This document shows positions 11,101-20,208 of a DNA stretch of 64,000 bases, piece after piece. Origin of the DNA: Candidatus Multivoradales bacterium (GTDB taxonomy: Bacteria > Acidobacteriota > Thermoanaerobaculia > Multivoradales > J023); assembly GCA_965248925.1 (NCBI GenBank), contig CBDFLE010000006.1, positions 1,152,001 to 1,216,000 of the forward strand, written 5' to 3'. The position numbers were made by a program, and so were the translations under genes. The notes below the pieces were generated by a model. The model made no database searches and was not told the DNA's origin. It saw only the letters and a list, made by a program, of their open reading frames with translations. The number at the start of each line of letters is the position of its first letter. The first letter of the stretch is position 1.

Positions 11101-11811
11101 GAACTCGCCGCCGAAGCCGAACGCATGCGCAAGGCCGAAATCGAACTGTCACGACGAGCCGACGCGGTCCTGGTGGTCAGCGAAGTCGAGCGCGAGCTGC
11201 TGCGACACCACGCTCCCGACCTCGATGTTCATCTGGTCTCAAATATCCACCATACCGCCGCGCCGGTCAGCGACTACGACCAACGCCAAGACTTCTATTT
11301 TATCGGCGGCTTCGAACATCCCCCGAACCAGGATGCGATGTTCTGGTTCTGCGAAGAGATTTGGCCCAAAATCCGGCAGGAGTTGCCCGCTGCGAAGTTA
11401 CACCTAATCGGCAGCAAGGTGACCAAGGAGCTGCGCGCACTTGCCGGTGAGGGAGTCGAGGTGGTCGGTTTCGTCGCCGATTTGATGCCCTATCTGAAGG
11501 GTTGTCGCTTGTCGGTCGCACCATTGCGCTACGGTGCTGGGGTCAAAGGGAAAGTGACCCAAAGCCTCGCCTACGGCCTGCCCACGGTGGTCACTACCAT
11601 CGCCGCCGAGGGTATCGGCCTGGAACACGGAGTCAGCGCGATGATCGCTGACGATCCGGAGAGCTTCGCCCAGGCGGTGGTCCAAGTCTATCGCGATCAG
11701 CGGCTCTGGCAGCGGCTTTCGAAGCACGGTCAGCAAGCGTTCGAGGCTCGCTTCTCACCCGCCAACGCGCAGCGAGCGATCGCTGACTTGCTGCGACAGC
11801 ACGGACGCTGA
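8122..11811 (+). CDS. Methyltransferase - coiled coil - GT2-like - GT4 multidomain glycosyltransferase
   Basis: FTGER..VLDFGCGTGYG..SFELIEH MT; about 330 aa Q/E/L-rich coil; GT2-like region; PDQDSGS..FIGGFEHPPN..RYGAGVKGK GT4. Confidence 0.9.
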   Translation: MFDLEFTGERVVPGKVDPELQLEHSTRYQLASRWVRGKKVLDFGCGTGYGAAILKRAGASRVIGSDNSPAAVLYAKSHFGVPGVHFCVSDCERAAFADGSFDIVVSFELIEHLDSYPSYLKEVRRLLPETGLFVVSTPNKSTYNDPRHSTPNPFHTHEFALDDFRNALSSFFGTVTILGQSRTEGVLFQGDSAAVSSDPSIDLQSSGGLQNQPHRALTEAEYFVAICSVGSGDELIASDSFHIAESNAVRDRDLRIRELQNELEERAQWARGLENESSRRGQRVVELQGELEEHTRWAKRLESESTEHGHRVLELQAELQERLRWATELETQNEAKKKRIRELRHQLALLGQSMERLPELESQLDKKLGMASAQLENDLRVGLETLSRQLDETFDQRRQGLEQLRQSLEQRQRQTGVKTEQLERLQAALRGQQAWQRDSLIRHQGSLEQQQAKFSESRARLGDLTLLLEQQQQQQQQQRHLVASQTARIDTAAQHQDTTSQLLREKLDQQSAALDHQWRRLEEQHGALEAQGQLLGATEQSVIHTRHLAELLWNSLPWRLYCRLGQGLQHVRRQLPSGRRERLRQQATQATQVAHRIAELKLAITVSSEPKVAIVIPFAEPLELLDCLASITTAGDSTAVEIFAIHLDPPGPVHAALESLEDLRLWRARKPGRAAALQLAARKMRAPHLLLLASNGRPEKGWLDSLCRTFEHYPDAGLVGGRLLLPEGKLLAAGGILWQDATVTAYGNGEDPELRSFSFAREVEFCDDACWLIHQRLIDSLNLIDSELLDSSQRAADFSLRARQLGARTYYQPSCRVRMFGGLSETDPQALEKGRRRLRRHWPAELAAMPAAAPPHSAVASRFARRALVLDHRLPTPDQDSGSVRMDSLLDILQQIGFQVTFLPENLYAMPPYCEPLQERGIEVVITPEETSLRGYLARHGEGFELAIVSRFHIATSTLDMVRELCPSALLVFDTVDLQFLRLQRQAELENDPELAAEAERMRKAEIELSRRADAVLVVSEVERELLRHHAPDLDVHLVSNIHHTAAPVSDYDQRQDFYFIGGFEHPPNQDAMFWFCEEIWPKIRQELPAAKLHLIGSKVTKELRALAGEGVEVVGFVADLMPYLKGCRLSVAPLRYGAGVKGKVTQSLAYGLPTVVTTIAAEGIGLEHGVSAMIADDPESFAQAVVQVYRDQRLWQRLSKHGQQAFEARFSPANAQRAIADLLRQHGR
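9529..9555 (+). repeat. (CAG)8CAA poly-Gln microsatellite within the coiled coil
   Basis: Read directly; encodes Q9. Confidence 0.9.
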
Positions 11812-11824
11812 GCAGCCAACCACC

Positions 11825-13240
11825 ATGCCGCTGGACAGCGAGAGATCACCGCACAAGGCCCGCTTGGCGGTGATCTTTGTCCAGCATGAACGGCACAAAT
11901 ACCCGCGGGCCTTACCCCGTCTGATCGAGGCCATCTCGGCTCTGCATGAGGTCGAGGCCCTCTACGTGGTGGTCGACAACGCTAAGCCCGGCGACTGGTC
12001 GCACCAGGTCAGCGCCGCGCTGTTCCATATTGGCGGCGACAACCGCTCGTGGGAATTCTCGGCCTTTGATCGGGGCGCCCGCTGGCTCGAGTCCCAAAGC
12101 TGGTCGGCGGACCTGCTGCTCTTCGCCACCGACGCCCTGCTGGCCTATGGCGACGAGTTTCTGCAGTGGGTCGATGAGCGAGTGATCGACGCTTGTTTGA
12201 GTCTGTCAGCCTGTGTCGGCTGGATCGACAGCTTCATGGAGAGTTCGAAGATCCTCGACCTCGACTACGACAGTTGGATTCGCACCAGCCTGATGTTCAT
12301 GCCGGTGGCGGTAGAACAGCAGCTTGGCTCGCTGGCCTGGCCCCTCGACGATGGGGTGCTGTTCGGCCACGGTCCCGAGCAGCCCTTTCACCCCGATGCG
12401 CCAATCAGCGCCAACCTGCAAGCCAATCTTCTGTCTTGGCTGACCAGCGAGGCCGACGACGGACAGCTGGACGACGTCTGGCACTCGCAATTCCCTCTCA
12501 ACCAAGAGACCTTCCCGCGCTTCAAGGACAAAGCCAAAGCGATCCTTCGCGAACATCTACTGTCAGCCCGCCTACTAAGCCTCGAGATTCCCTGTTTCGA
12601 CCTGCGGGCAATCCGCCAAGCTCACTCCCACGGCCTCGATCTCGGGGACTTGCGGGGCGCTACCGGCCGCCAACGGCAGTGGCTTGGCTGGCGTTCTATG
12701 AGCCCTGCGGCCGTCCTGGACAACACAGCGGTTACGTCAGTTAAGGGCGAGACGGACGCAGGACCCATGGACCCGGTCTTGGTCCTCGACTGCGGCCAGA
12801 ACCCCGCCAGCCGAGAGTTCATCGAACAGATTGCAAGCGAAGTGATGCCACTGCTGTGGCAGCGCTTTCACCGTGCTCGGCTGGTCTTGGTCGACGATCC
12901 TGGCAGCCGCCAGATGCGTCAACTGCAAGACAGCGGCAAGATACGGGTCGTAGCAACCGACGACTCGGCGGCGGATGTTCTCGCCGAAGCGACCGTGGTG
13001 CTCGTGCCCCGTCCACTCAACGACCGCGCCGCCAAGGCCTTGCGCCGGGCCGCGATCCGCGGTATCCCAGCGATCGGCCAGGAATACCCTAGCGCCGGTC
13101 GCTCTGAAGGCAATGTGCGGCACTACCTGCACGCCGAGCAGCCCTGGGAAATCGCCGCCGCCTGCTGTCGCCTGATCGAAGACCCGGCGAGCCGGGAACG
13201 GCTCGGTCAGGCGGCTCGCGAGTTCGCCACGAACTCTTGA
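11825..13240 (+). CDS. Glycan-biosynthesis protein with divergent C-terminal GT-B (GT4-like) half-domain
   Basis: YVVVDN..GGDNRSWEFSAFD N-domain; C-terminal GIPAIG..IAAACCRLIEDPASRERLGQAAR resembles GT4 tails. Confidence 0.6.
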   Translation: MPLDSERSPHKARLAVIFVQHERHKYPRALPRLIEAISALHEVEALYVVVDNAKPGDWSHQVSAALFHIGGDNRSWEFSAFDRGARWLESQSWSADLLLFATDALLAYGDEFLQWVDERVIDACLSLSACVGWIDSFMESSKILDLDYDSWIRTSLMFMPVAVEQQLGSLAWPLDDGVLFGHGPEQPFHPDAPISANLQANLLSWLTSEADDGQLDDVWHSQFPLNQETFPRFKDKAKAILREHLLSARLLSLEIPCFDLRAIRQAHSHGLDLGDLRGATGRQRQWLGWRSMSPAAVLDNTAVTSVKGETDAGPMDPVLVLDCGQNPASREFIEQIASEVMPLLWQRFHRARLVLVDDPGSRQMRQLQDSGKIRVVATDDSAADVLAEATVVLVPRPLNDRAAKALRRAAIRGIPAIGQEYPSAGRSEGNVRHYLHAEQPWEIAAACCRLIEDPASRERLGQAAREFATNS

Positions 13241-13417
13241 GCGCCACTCATTTCCAGCCGACCTGACTCACGATAGGTTGTAGGGCACCAACTGGGCAGA
13301 AAACTGGAAATAAAACCACCACCCCGACTCACCCTCATACCAGTCCAGATCAGCGGGAGGTGGCACGCAGTTGCCAGCTCCGACAGCGATATAGCATTCG
13401 CCCAGCGAGCGCACTTC

Positions 13418-13451
13418 GACCAGCGAACATCAGGGACCAGTGAACATCAGG
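13418..13451. repeat. 17-bp tandem direct repeat (2 copies) in intergenic DNA
   Basis: gaccagcgaacatcagg / gaccagtgaacatcagg. Confidence 0.75.
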
Positions 13452-13565
13452 TAAAGGTCGGTCGGCTACAGGTATCAAAACCTATCGGTTAGACTTGTCC
13501 TGTCGCGAAATCCACTCCATCCACCGGCACCAGCTCGACGCCACGATCTCGGAGAATCTGCACAG

Positions 13566-14498
13566 ATGGCACATGTCACCTTCATTCATGGAATCGCCAA
13601 CAAGCCTCCCCAAGACCTCCTGCTGGACATCTGGATCGACGCCTTGGCCAGCGATGGCGGCCTCGATCTCGACAGCGAGGGGGTGAGTTCGACCATGGTC
13701 TATTGGGCCGACGTGATGTACGCCAGCCCGGCCGGATCCGAGTCAGCCCAAGAGAGCCTGAGCCAAGAAGATACCGATCCGGTCATCGATGGCGGCGACT
13801 GGCAGCAACAATTGACCGCTGACCAACGCCAATGGCTGGACACCTTGGTCACCAAGCTCGGCATCGAAGCAGCACCGCCGGGGGGCGACGACAGCTTCAC
13901 CGCCGACCCCAGTTCGGCGAGCCACGAATTCGAAGCCATACCCCTTCCCTGGTGGCTCAAACGACGGCTGATGCGCACCTTGCTACGCGATGTCCATCAC
14001 TATCTCTTCGCCGCCGAAACCAATCCACGTCCCGGCGAGACCTATCAGGTACAGCCGGAGCTGCGCAGTCGCTTCACCAGCGCCCTCGAAGAAGGGGCCG
14101 CCCAGAGCGGTCCCCATGTGGTGGTCTCCCACAGCATGGGCACGGTAATCGCCTACGACTGCCTCAAGCAGGTCGAGGGCTGCCCCGGTGTCGACGCCTT
14201 GCTGACCCTGGGTTCACCCCTGGGTCTGGAAGAGATGCAGACGCCGATGAAGCCTGGCTATTCGCGCCAGGACGGCTTCCCCTCAGAGCGGGTTTCCGGC
14301 CGTTGGGTCAACATCTACGACCGCCTCGATCCGGTGGCCGGCCTCGATCCCAAACTGGCCAACGACTATCGCCGCGCCGGCGACTTCATTGTCGAGGACA
14401 TCAATCAGCAGAGTTCGGGCAGTTGGCGCCACTCCATCACCAAATACCTGGCCGGCAGCAAGCTGCGCCCTGCGCTGGCCGAGCTGCTCGAATTGTGA
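13566..14498 (+). CDS. Alpha/beta-hydrolase (lipase/PGAP1-like)
   Basis: FIHGI, nucleophile elbow SHSMG, TLGSPLG, DRLDPV, C-terminal HSITKYL. Confidence 0.8.
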   Translation: MAHVTFIHGIANKPPQDLLLDIWIDALASDGGLDLDSEGVSSTMVYWADVMYASPAGSESAQESLSQEDTDPVIDGGDWQQQLTADQRQWLDTLVTKLGIEAAPPGGDDSFTADPSSASHEFEAIPLPWWLKRRLMRTLLRDVHHYLFAAETNPRPGETYQVQPELRSRFTSALEEGAAQSGPHVVVSHSMGTVIAYDCLKQVEGCPGVDALLTLGSPLGLEEMQTPMKPGYSRQDGFPSERVSGRWVNIYDRLDPVAGLDPKLANDYRRAGDFIVEDINQQSSGSWRHSITKYLAGSKLRPALAELLEL

Positions 14499-14508
14499 GC
14501 CACAAGCG

Positions 14509-16209
14509 ATGAGTTCTAAACTATTGTCACAGCTGGAAGATTTCGTCGATCAGCTCGCCGAAGCGCTCGCCGGAGGAGATCTTGCGGCCGTCGAGACGCT
14601 GATCGGCAACTTGCTCGATCAGCTGCGCTCGCTCGACGCGACCCTACCCGCCGCGGAGCTCGAGCCGGTCCTCGAGGCCCTCGAACTGCTGTGCAACGCC
14701 CGTCGCCCAGCCTTGGTCGAGCAGCTCGCCGACTGCCTGCTGCAGAGCGGCCACACCGCGGCCAAGATACGGCGGCTCTACGCCCAGGCACTGATCGACG
14801 ACAGCCTGCTCGATGCCGGTCGCAACCAGCTGCGTAAGCTGATGCAGCGCAAGCGGTTTGCTCAACGCGAAGCGGGCGAGCATCGCGAGGTCCGCGGCCT
14901 GCTGGGACGGATCGAGAAACAGATCTACCTCAATGCCAAGCATCCTGCCGGCGGCCGCATCCGTGGGGCTTTGCAACGTTCGATCAACAACTATCGGCAG
15001 GTCTACGACCGCGACCCGGGGCAACTCTGGCACGGCATCAACGCCGTTGCTTTGCTGATTCTCGCCGACCGCCGAGGGGTACAGATCCAGGGTGACAAGG
15101 ATCCCAAGAACACTGCTCGAGAATTCGCTCTAGACATCCGCCGTCGGGTCGAACGGCTGCACCGCAGCGGTCGGGTCACGGTTTGGGACTACGCCACCGC
15201 CACCGAGGCCAGCCTGGCCCGTGGCGAGATCGCCGAAGCCTGGCGCTGGATCGAGCGCTTCACCGACCATCCTTCAGTCACCGCCTTCCACCTGGCCAGC
15301 ACCGAACGCCAGCTGCGAGAAGTGTGGAAGCTCAGTTGCGGCACCTCGGCCGAAGGTCGACTGTTGCAAGCCCTACGCGCCGCCACTCTCGACAGCGCCG
15401 ACGGCCGGGTCGACCTCGAACCCCAGGACCTCGATCTCGGCGCTCTCGCTGGCAAATCCAACGATGAACTAGAGAAAGTCTTCGGCCGCGACCGCTTCTC
15501 CACTGTCAGTTGGTGGCTGGATGGACTTGCAGCCAGTAAGGCGGTGGCCCGCATCGGCCGACGGGCCGACGAAGGGCTCGGCACCGGTTTCCTGATCGCC
15601 GGCAGCGACCTGCACCCGTCGTTCGGCGAAGAATCCCTGCTGCTGACCAACGCCCATGTGATCAGTGACGATCCCGGAGTCGACGCCTTGCGGACCGACG
15701 AAGTGGTGGTGACTTTCGCTTCGCAAAACCACGGGCGCCGCGAATTCCACGTCGCCGAACAACTTTGGACCTCCCCGCCGGGGCGCTTCGACGCCACCTT
15801 GTTGCGCCTCGATCCGCCGGTCGACGGAATCACCCCGATGAGCCTGGCGAAGAACCTGCCGAGCTTGCGGCGGCCCTACCGGCTTTACGTCATCGGCCAC
15901 CCCGGCGGTCGCGGCCTATCGTTTTCTATCCAAGACAATCTGCTGTTAGATCACGGCCCGATGAATCCAGCGGATGTCGACCATGGTGTCGTCCGCATCC
16001 ACTACCGCACCCCCACCGAACCCGGCAGCTCAGGCAGCCCGGTGTTCAACCGCGAGTGGAGGCTGATCGGCCTGCACCACAAAGGCAGCCAGCAAATGGG
16101 CAAGCTCAAACAACTCCAGCCGCCGCAAGATGACGAGACCTATGCCGCCAACGAAGGCATCGGAATCCAGTCGATCCACGCCGCCCTGGCTCGCGATTTA
16201 GCGGGTTGA
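14509..16209 (+). CDS. TPR-S (MAP3K TRAFs-binding/DUF4071-like) domain fused to trypsin-like serine protease
   Basis: GLLGRIEKQ..WHGINAVALL..WDYATATEA..ASTERQL helical domain; triad TNAHV / FDATLL / GSSGSP. Confidence 0.8.
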   Translation: MSSKLLSQLEDFVDQLAEALAGGDLAAVETLIGNLLDQLRSLDATLPAAELEPVLEALELLCNARRPALVEQLADCLLQSGHTAAKIRRLYAQALIDDSLLDAGRNQLRKLMQRKRFAQREAGEHREVRGLLGRIEKQIYLNAKHPAGGRIRGALQRSINNYRQVYDRDPGQLWHGINAVALLILADRRGVQIQGDKDPKNTAREFALDIRRRVERLHRSGRVTVWDYATATEASLARGEIAEAWRWIERFTDHPSVTAFHLASTERQLREVWKLSCGTSAEGRLLQALRAATLDSADGRVDLEPQDLDLGALAGKSNDELEKVFGRDRFSTVSWWLDGLAASKAVARIGRRADEGLGTGFLIAGSDLHPSFGEESLLLTNAHVISDDPGVDALRTDEVVVTFASQNHGRREFHVAEQLWTSPPGRFDATLLRLDPPVDGITPMSLAKNLPSLRRPYRLYVIGHPGGRGLSFSIQDNLLLDHGPMNPADVDHGVVRIHYRTPTEPGSSGSPVFNREWRLIGLHHKGSQQMGKLKQLQPPQDDETYAANEGIGIQSIHAALARDLAG

Positions 16210-16215
16210 GCATTC

Positions 16216-16262
16216 TCTTACCTTGAAAATCCCTCAACTGTTGGTGGATTTTCAAGGTAAGA
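16216..16262. promoter_or_regulatory. Perfect 17-bp inverted repeat upstream of AAA_14 gene (operator or hairpin)
   Basis: tcttaccttgaaaatcc-N13-ggattttcaaggtaaga, ending 7 nt before the ATG; function inferred. Confidence 0.7.
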
Positions 16263-16269
16263 TGCTCCA

Positions 16270-17433
16270 ATGATCCCCCGTACCCGGCATCTGGAACACC
16301 TCCGTTGGCTCTTCAAGACCTTCCCGATAGTCGCCATTCTCGGTGCCCGGCAGGTCGGCAAGACCACCTTGGCCAGGGAGTTTGCAAAACGAGTTGCCGG
16401 ACCGGTCAGCCACTTCGATCTCGAACATCCCGCCGACCTGGCACGTCTAGCCGCCCCGCTGATCACTCTCGAAAACCTCGAAGGTTGGGTCATCCTGGAC
16501 GAAATCCAACGTGTACCAGAGCTGTTCCCACTGCTCCGGGTGTTGGTTGATCGCCCCGATTCCAAAACTCGCTTTCTGGTCTTGGGTAGCGCCTCTCCCG
16601 AACTTCTGCGCCAGAGTTCCGAGACCTTGGCGGGGCGCATCGCTTATCATCGGCTGCGCGGTTTCGCCCTCGACGAAGTGGGTGGCGAGCGTTTCGACAG
16701 CCGCTGGCTTCGCGGCGGTTTCCCCCGCTCCCTGCTAGCCCATGGAGACGCCGAGAGTAGCATCTGGCGGCATCAGTTCGTACAGTCATTCCTCGAGCGC
16801 GACCTGCCCCAACTGGGTATTCGCACCCCGGCCGAAACCCTGCACCGCTTCTGGTCAATGATCGCCCACTACCACGCACAGAATTGGAATGGTGCCGAGC
16901 TAGCTCGGGCCTTCGGCGTCTCGCAAAGCAGCGTGCGCCGTTATCTCGATCTGCTCACCGACAGCCTGGTGCTGCGCCAACTACAACCGTGGCACGAGAA
17001 CCTCTCCAAGCGGCAGGTTCGCTCGCCCAAAGTCTATATCGACGATTGCGGCCTGCTCCACTCCCTGCTCGGTATCGAAACTCGCCACGACTTGCTCCGC
17101 CACCCAAAGGTCGGAGCATCCTGGGAAGGATTCCTGATCGGTCAGCTACTTGAACACCTCCGCGCCCGCCGCCAGGAAAGCTACTTCTGGGGCACCCACG
17201 GCGGCGCCGAGTTGGATCTGCTGATTATCCACGGCGGACGCCGCTTAGGCTTCGAGATCAAACGCACCGCCGCGCCGCGCATCACCCCGTCGATGCGCTC
17301 CGCCCTGGCCGACCTCAAGCTCGACCGGCTGGATGTCATCCACGCCGGCAAAGAGACCTTCCCGATGGCCGAGAAAATCCGCGCGGTCGCTGCCGAGCAG
17401 CTGCTAGAAGAGATCGAGCCGCTGCGGGCTTGA
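16270..17433 (+). CDS. AAA_14 ATPase with wHTH and DUF4143 PD-(D/E)xK-like C-terminus
   Basis: GARQVGKT, ILDEIQ, ETLAGR, RGGFP, PKVY, ELDLL..FEIK. Confidence 0.92.
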   Translation: MIPRTRHLEHLRWLFKTFPIVAILGARQVGKTTLAREFAKRVAGPVSHFDLEHPADLARLAAPLITLENLEGWVILDEIQRVPELFPLLRVLVDRPDSKTRFLVLGSASPELLRQSSETLAGRIAYHRLRGFALDEVGGERFDSRWLRGGFPRSLLAHGDAESSIWRHQFVQSFLERDLPQLGIRTPAETLHRFWSMIAHYHAQNWNGAELARAFGVSQSSVRRYLDLLTDSLVLRQLQPWHENLSKRQVRSPKVYIDDCGLLHSLLGIETRHDLLRHPKVGASWEGFLIGQLLEHLRARRQESYFWGTHGGAELDLLIIHGGRRLGFEIKRTAAPRITPSMRSALADLKLDRLDVIHAGKETFPMAEKIRAVAAEQLLEEIEPLRA

Positions 17434-19059
17434 CTAGCTGACCAGGTCCTTGACCTGCCCGCCGCGCTGCGCCCGTCGATCGATCGCTGAAGCCAGCTTC
17501 TCGAAAGTCACGCCCATGCGCTGGGCCATTGCCGCGGCCAAGGAGGTGGCGGCGACGCCGGGGATGAACTGGTAGGTCGAGGCTTCGCTGTCGCCCACTT
17601 CGACCTGCAAAAAGCGCAGTGAAGCCAGCGGTGGCTGCTCGCTGAGGCCACGGGCGTAGTCGAGGAAGTGGGTGGAGATGAAGCCTAGCGATCCCAGCCG
17701 ATCGAGCAGGCGCAGAACCAAGGTGAAGACTTCGATGCCCTCGGACGGGTTGGTGCCGGAGCACAGCTCGTCGAGGATCACCATGCCGCCTGAGTCCATA
17801 TTGTCGAAGATAGTTCGGATGCGCAGCAGCTCGCGGCCCAGCCGCCCCTCGGCCTGGTCCGCCACCTCGCGCTCGATCAGCGACACGAACAGGCCGTCTT
17901 TGGCCATCAGGTTGGCGCCGCGGGCCGGTGCGTAGAGCCCTGCTTGGCCGAGCACCTGCACCAGTCCCAGGGCCTGAAGCAAGCGGGTTTTACCTCCTGA
18001 GTTGGGGCCGGTGATCAGGTTGATGGCATCGTCGCCAGGGCTCTCGATATCGCAGGCCACGGTGGGCTCGGGTAAGCCCAACAACAGCGGGTTGAACAGC
18101 TTGTCCATGCTCATCGGGCGCTGGCTGTCGAAGCTCGGCAAGCAGACCGCGAGACCCCGCTTGCTGGCATAGGCGCGGAAACCGCGGTTGGCGAGATAGA
18201 CCTCGAGATGGCTTTGCAGTTGCAGTAGCTGGACTACGGTGGGCGAGATCTTGGTGAAAACGTCGCACAGTAGCCGACCGACGACATCGTCGCGGCTCAT
18301 GTTGTAGCCCCGCCAGAGGAAGCTCAGGCGATCGCGCCAGCGGGATAGCGGCTGCTTGTAGAACCGATTGTTGACGTTCTCCTCGATTCCTCGCACCTGC
18401 AAACGGTTGACTTTGCCATCGGCGCCGATATCGAGGTTCAGGGTGACGGTCGACATCCGGGTCTGCCAATCGAGCAAGGCGTCGAGCAGATCGTACTGAT
18501 CTGAAGCGCGAATCGCTTCGCCCGCGGTGCCCAGGCGCCGCAGGCCAGAGCGGGTGCGGCAGAAATGCTCGGTGAGGTAATCCACCGCCCACCGCACTTT
18601 GCGCATTACATCGAGGCGGTAGGCATTGATGTCCAAGCGCGCAGCATGGCCGGGCAGTTTCAGGCTGGCGAGCAGAGCGTAGAGCCCGCAATAGAGTTCC
18701 TCGGCATGCCCAACGAGGGCTGGCGAAGAATCGAGTTCAGCGGCGATCTGCTGGCGAAAGTCGATCTCCCGCGGATCGGTCGGTGGCTGGGTCAACACCC
18801 GCCAGAAGAACTGCTCGTTGAGGGTGTAGCGACGCTCGGCACAGACGATCGAATAACTGTCAGCGATGAACTCGCGAACAAAAAGGTCGGCGGCGAAGAA
18901 CTGTGGATCCCAGGACGACTCGGCGAGCTGCGCCTCGGCGATCAGCTGGTCATAGCGCAGACCCGCGTCCTTACCCATGAACGAGAGGTCGAGCAGGTCG
19001 GAGACCAGCTCGACGTCGAGGGCTTGGCGAGGTTCGAGGTGCAAAAGGTCTGGAATCAT
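17434..19059 (-). CDS. MutS-family ATPase (domain V type, lacking mismatch-recognition domain)
   Basis: FNPLL, TGPNSGGKT, GRLGREL, ILDELCSGTNP, STHF; start codon uncertain. Confidence 0.85.
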   Translation of the reverse strand: MIPDLLHLEPRQALDVELVSDLLDLSFMGKDAGLRYDQLIAEAQLAESSWDPQFFAADLFVREFIADSYSIVCAERRYTLNEQFFWRVLTQPPTDPREIDFRQQIAAELDSSPALVGHAEELYCGLYALLASLKLPGHAARLDINAYRLDVMRKVRWAVDYLTEHFCRTRSGLRRLGTAGEAIRASDQYDLLDALLDWQTRMSTVTLNLDIGADGKVNRLQVRGIEENVNNRFYKQPLSRWRDRLSFLWRGYNMSRDDVVGRLLCDVFTKISPTVVQLLQLQSHLEVYLANRGFRAYASKRGLAVCLPSFDSQRPMSMDKLFNPLLLGLPEPTVACDIESPGDDAINLITGPNSGGKTRLLQALGLVQVLGQAGLYAPARGANLMAKDGLFVSLIEREVADQAEGRLGRELLRIRTIFDNMDSGGMVILDELCSGTNPSEGIEVFTLVLRLLDRLGSLGFISTHFLDYARGLSEQPPLASLRFLQVEVGDSEASTYQFIPGVAATSLAAAMAQRMGVTFEKLASAIDRRAQRGGQVKDLVS

Positions 19060-19310
19060 GGGTGGAAAGTGTCGCGGTGCGTCGATGGATGATTGACAGC
19101 CTGGAGACTCAGCCGCCGAAGCCCGGCGGTCAGCGGCTAGGGGGCTGAATTTCGCAGCGGCGGTCGCTGTCCGGACTAGAGTCTGAGTCATTATTGTACG
19201 CCGTCTTGGTAGAGGAGTTTGCGAGCTGGCCGAATGCCGGCTCACAACCTTGGACTCGGCCGAGCCCCGCCGAGTTCCACAATTCACTACCGGCAGACGG
19301 TCATGAATGC

Positions 19311-20201
19311 TCAGCCGCTGGCGAACCAACGGGCGAGGCGCTCGCGGGCGGCGCTGGGAGTCGCCGCCAACAATCCGTCCGGACCCTGGCCGGCGAGGGC
19401 GAAACTGGCTGCCACCACCCCCTGCTGCAAGGCTCGCCGAGTCGGCATCTGACGCAGGCGAGCGGCCAAGAACCCGGCGGCAAAAGCGTCACCAGCACCG
19501 GTGGGATCGACCTCTTCGGCAGCTCGTGGCAACCATTCTTGGCGCTGTCCCTGGCGCAGCCAAACACCCCCTCGCCGACCGCGCTTGAACACCACCTGGG
19601 CATCTCGCCCGACGGCCAAACGGCCCGCGGCCGCCACCCCATCGCCATCGAGCAGCATCTCGTCTTCGCTGAGGAAGAGCACATCGACCCGCTTGAGCAA
19701 AGCCCGCCACCGCGGCAGCAGCTCTTCGTCGAGCAGATCGTAGGGATCGATCGACAGCAGTGCTTGGCGCCTGTCGCCAAGGGAGTTGACCAGATCACTC
19801 TGCACTGACCGAGGCATCGGCGCCAGGTGAAAAGCAGCGGCGTGGCGCCAAGCGGTGGGCAACTCGGCAAAGCGCGGCGACACTTCATCGTGGGTGGGGC
19901 CGCTGAGCCGATGCACAACGCGGCGTTGTCGCCCTTCGTAGAGCAACCAAGTCCGCACCCCAGCAGCGCCGGTAGGACGCACCCCACCGAGATCGATACC
20001 GCGCTCTTCGAGAGCCGCCAAGATAGCGGCGGGATAGTCGTCGCCACGGCGGCTGACCACCCCCACCGAGACACCGAACAACCGCGCCGCCAGCGCCAGG
20101 TAGAGCACCGCGCCACCGGGCTGCCCCATCCGCGTCCGGCCGTCGGCATAGACCACGTCGTCGACCAGCAGATTGCCGAAGACAACCAGCTCAGGACTCA
20201 T
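19311..20201 (-). CDS. PfkB-family carbohydrate kinase
   Basis: PGGAVLY, VVFKRG, DPTGAGDAFAAG. Confidence 0.9.
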   Translation of the reverse strand: MSPELVVFGNLLVDDVVYADGRTRMGQPGGAVLYLALAARLFGVSVGVVSRRGDDYPAAILAALEERGIDLGGVRPTGAAGVRTWLLYEGRQRRVVHRLSGPTHDEVSPRFAELPTAWRHAAAFHLAPMPRSVQSDLVNSLGDRRQALLSIDPYDLLDEELLPRWRALLKRVDVLFLSEDEMLLDGDGVAAAGRLAVGRDAQVVFKRGRRGGVWLRQGQRQEWLPRAAEEVDPTGAGDAFAAGFLAARLRQMPTRRALQQGVVAASFALAGQGPDGLLAATPSAARERLARWFASG

Positions 20202-20208
20202 CTCAAGA

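Noticed and set aside
13361-13374. Sigma-54 promoter TGGCACGCAGTTGC
   Set aside because: GG-to-GC spacing is 9 nt rather than the required 10
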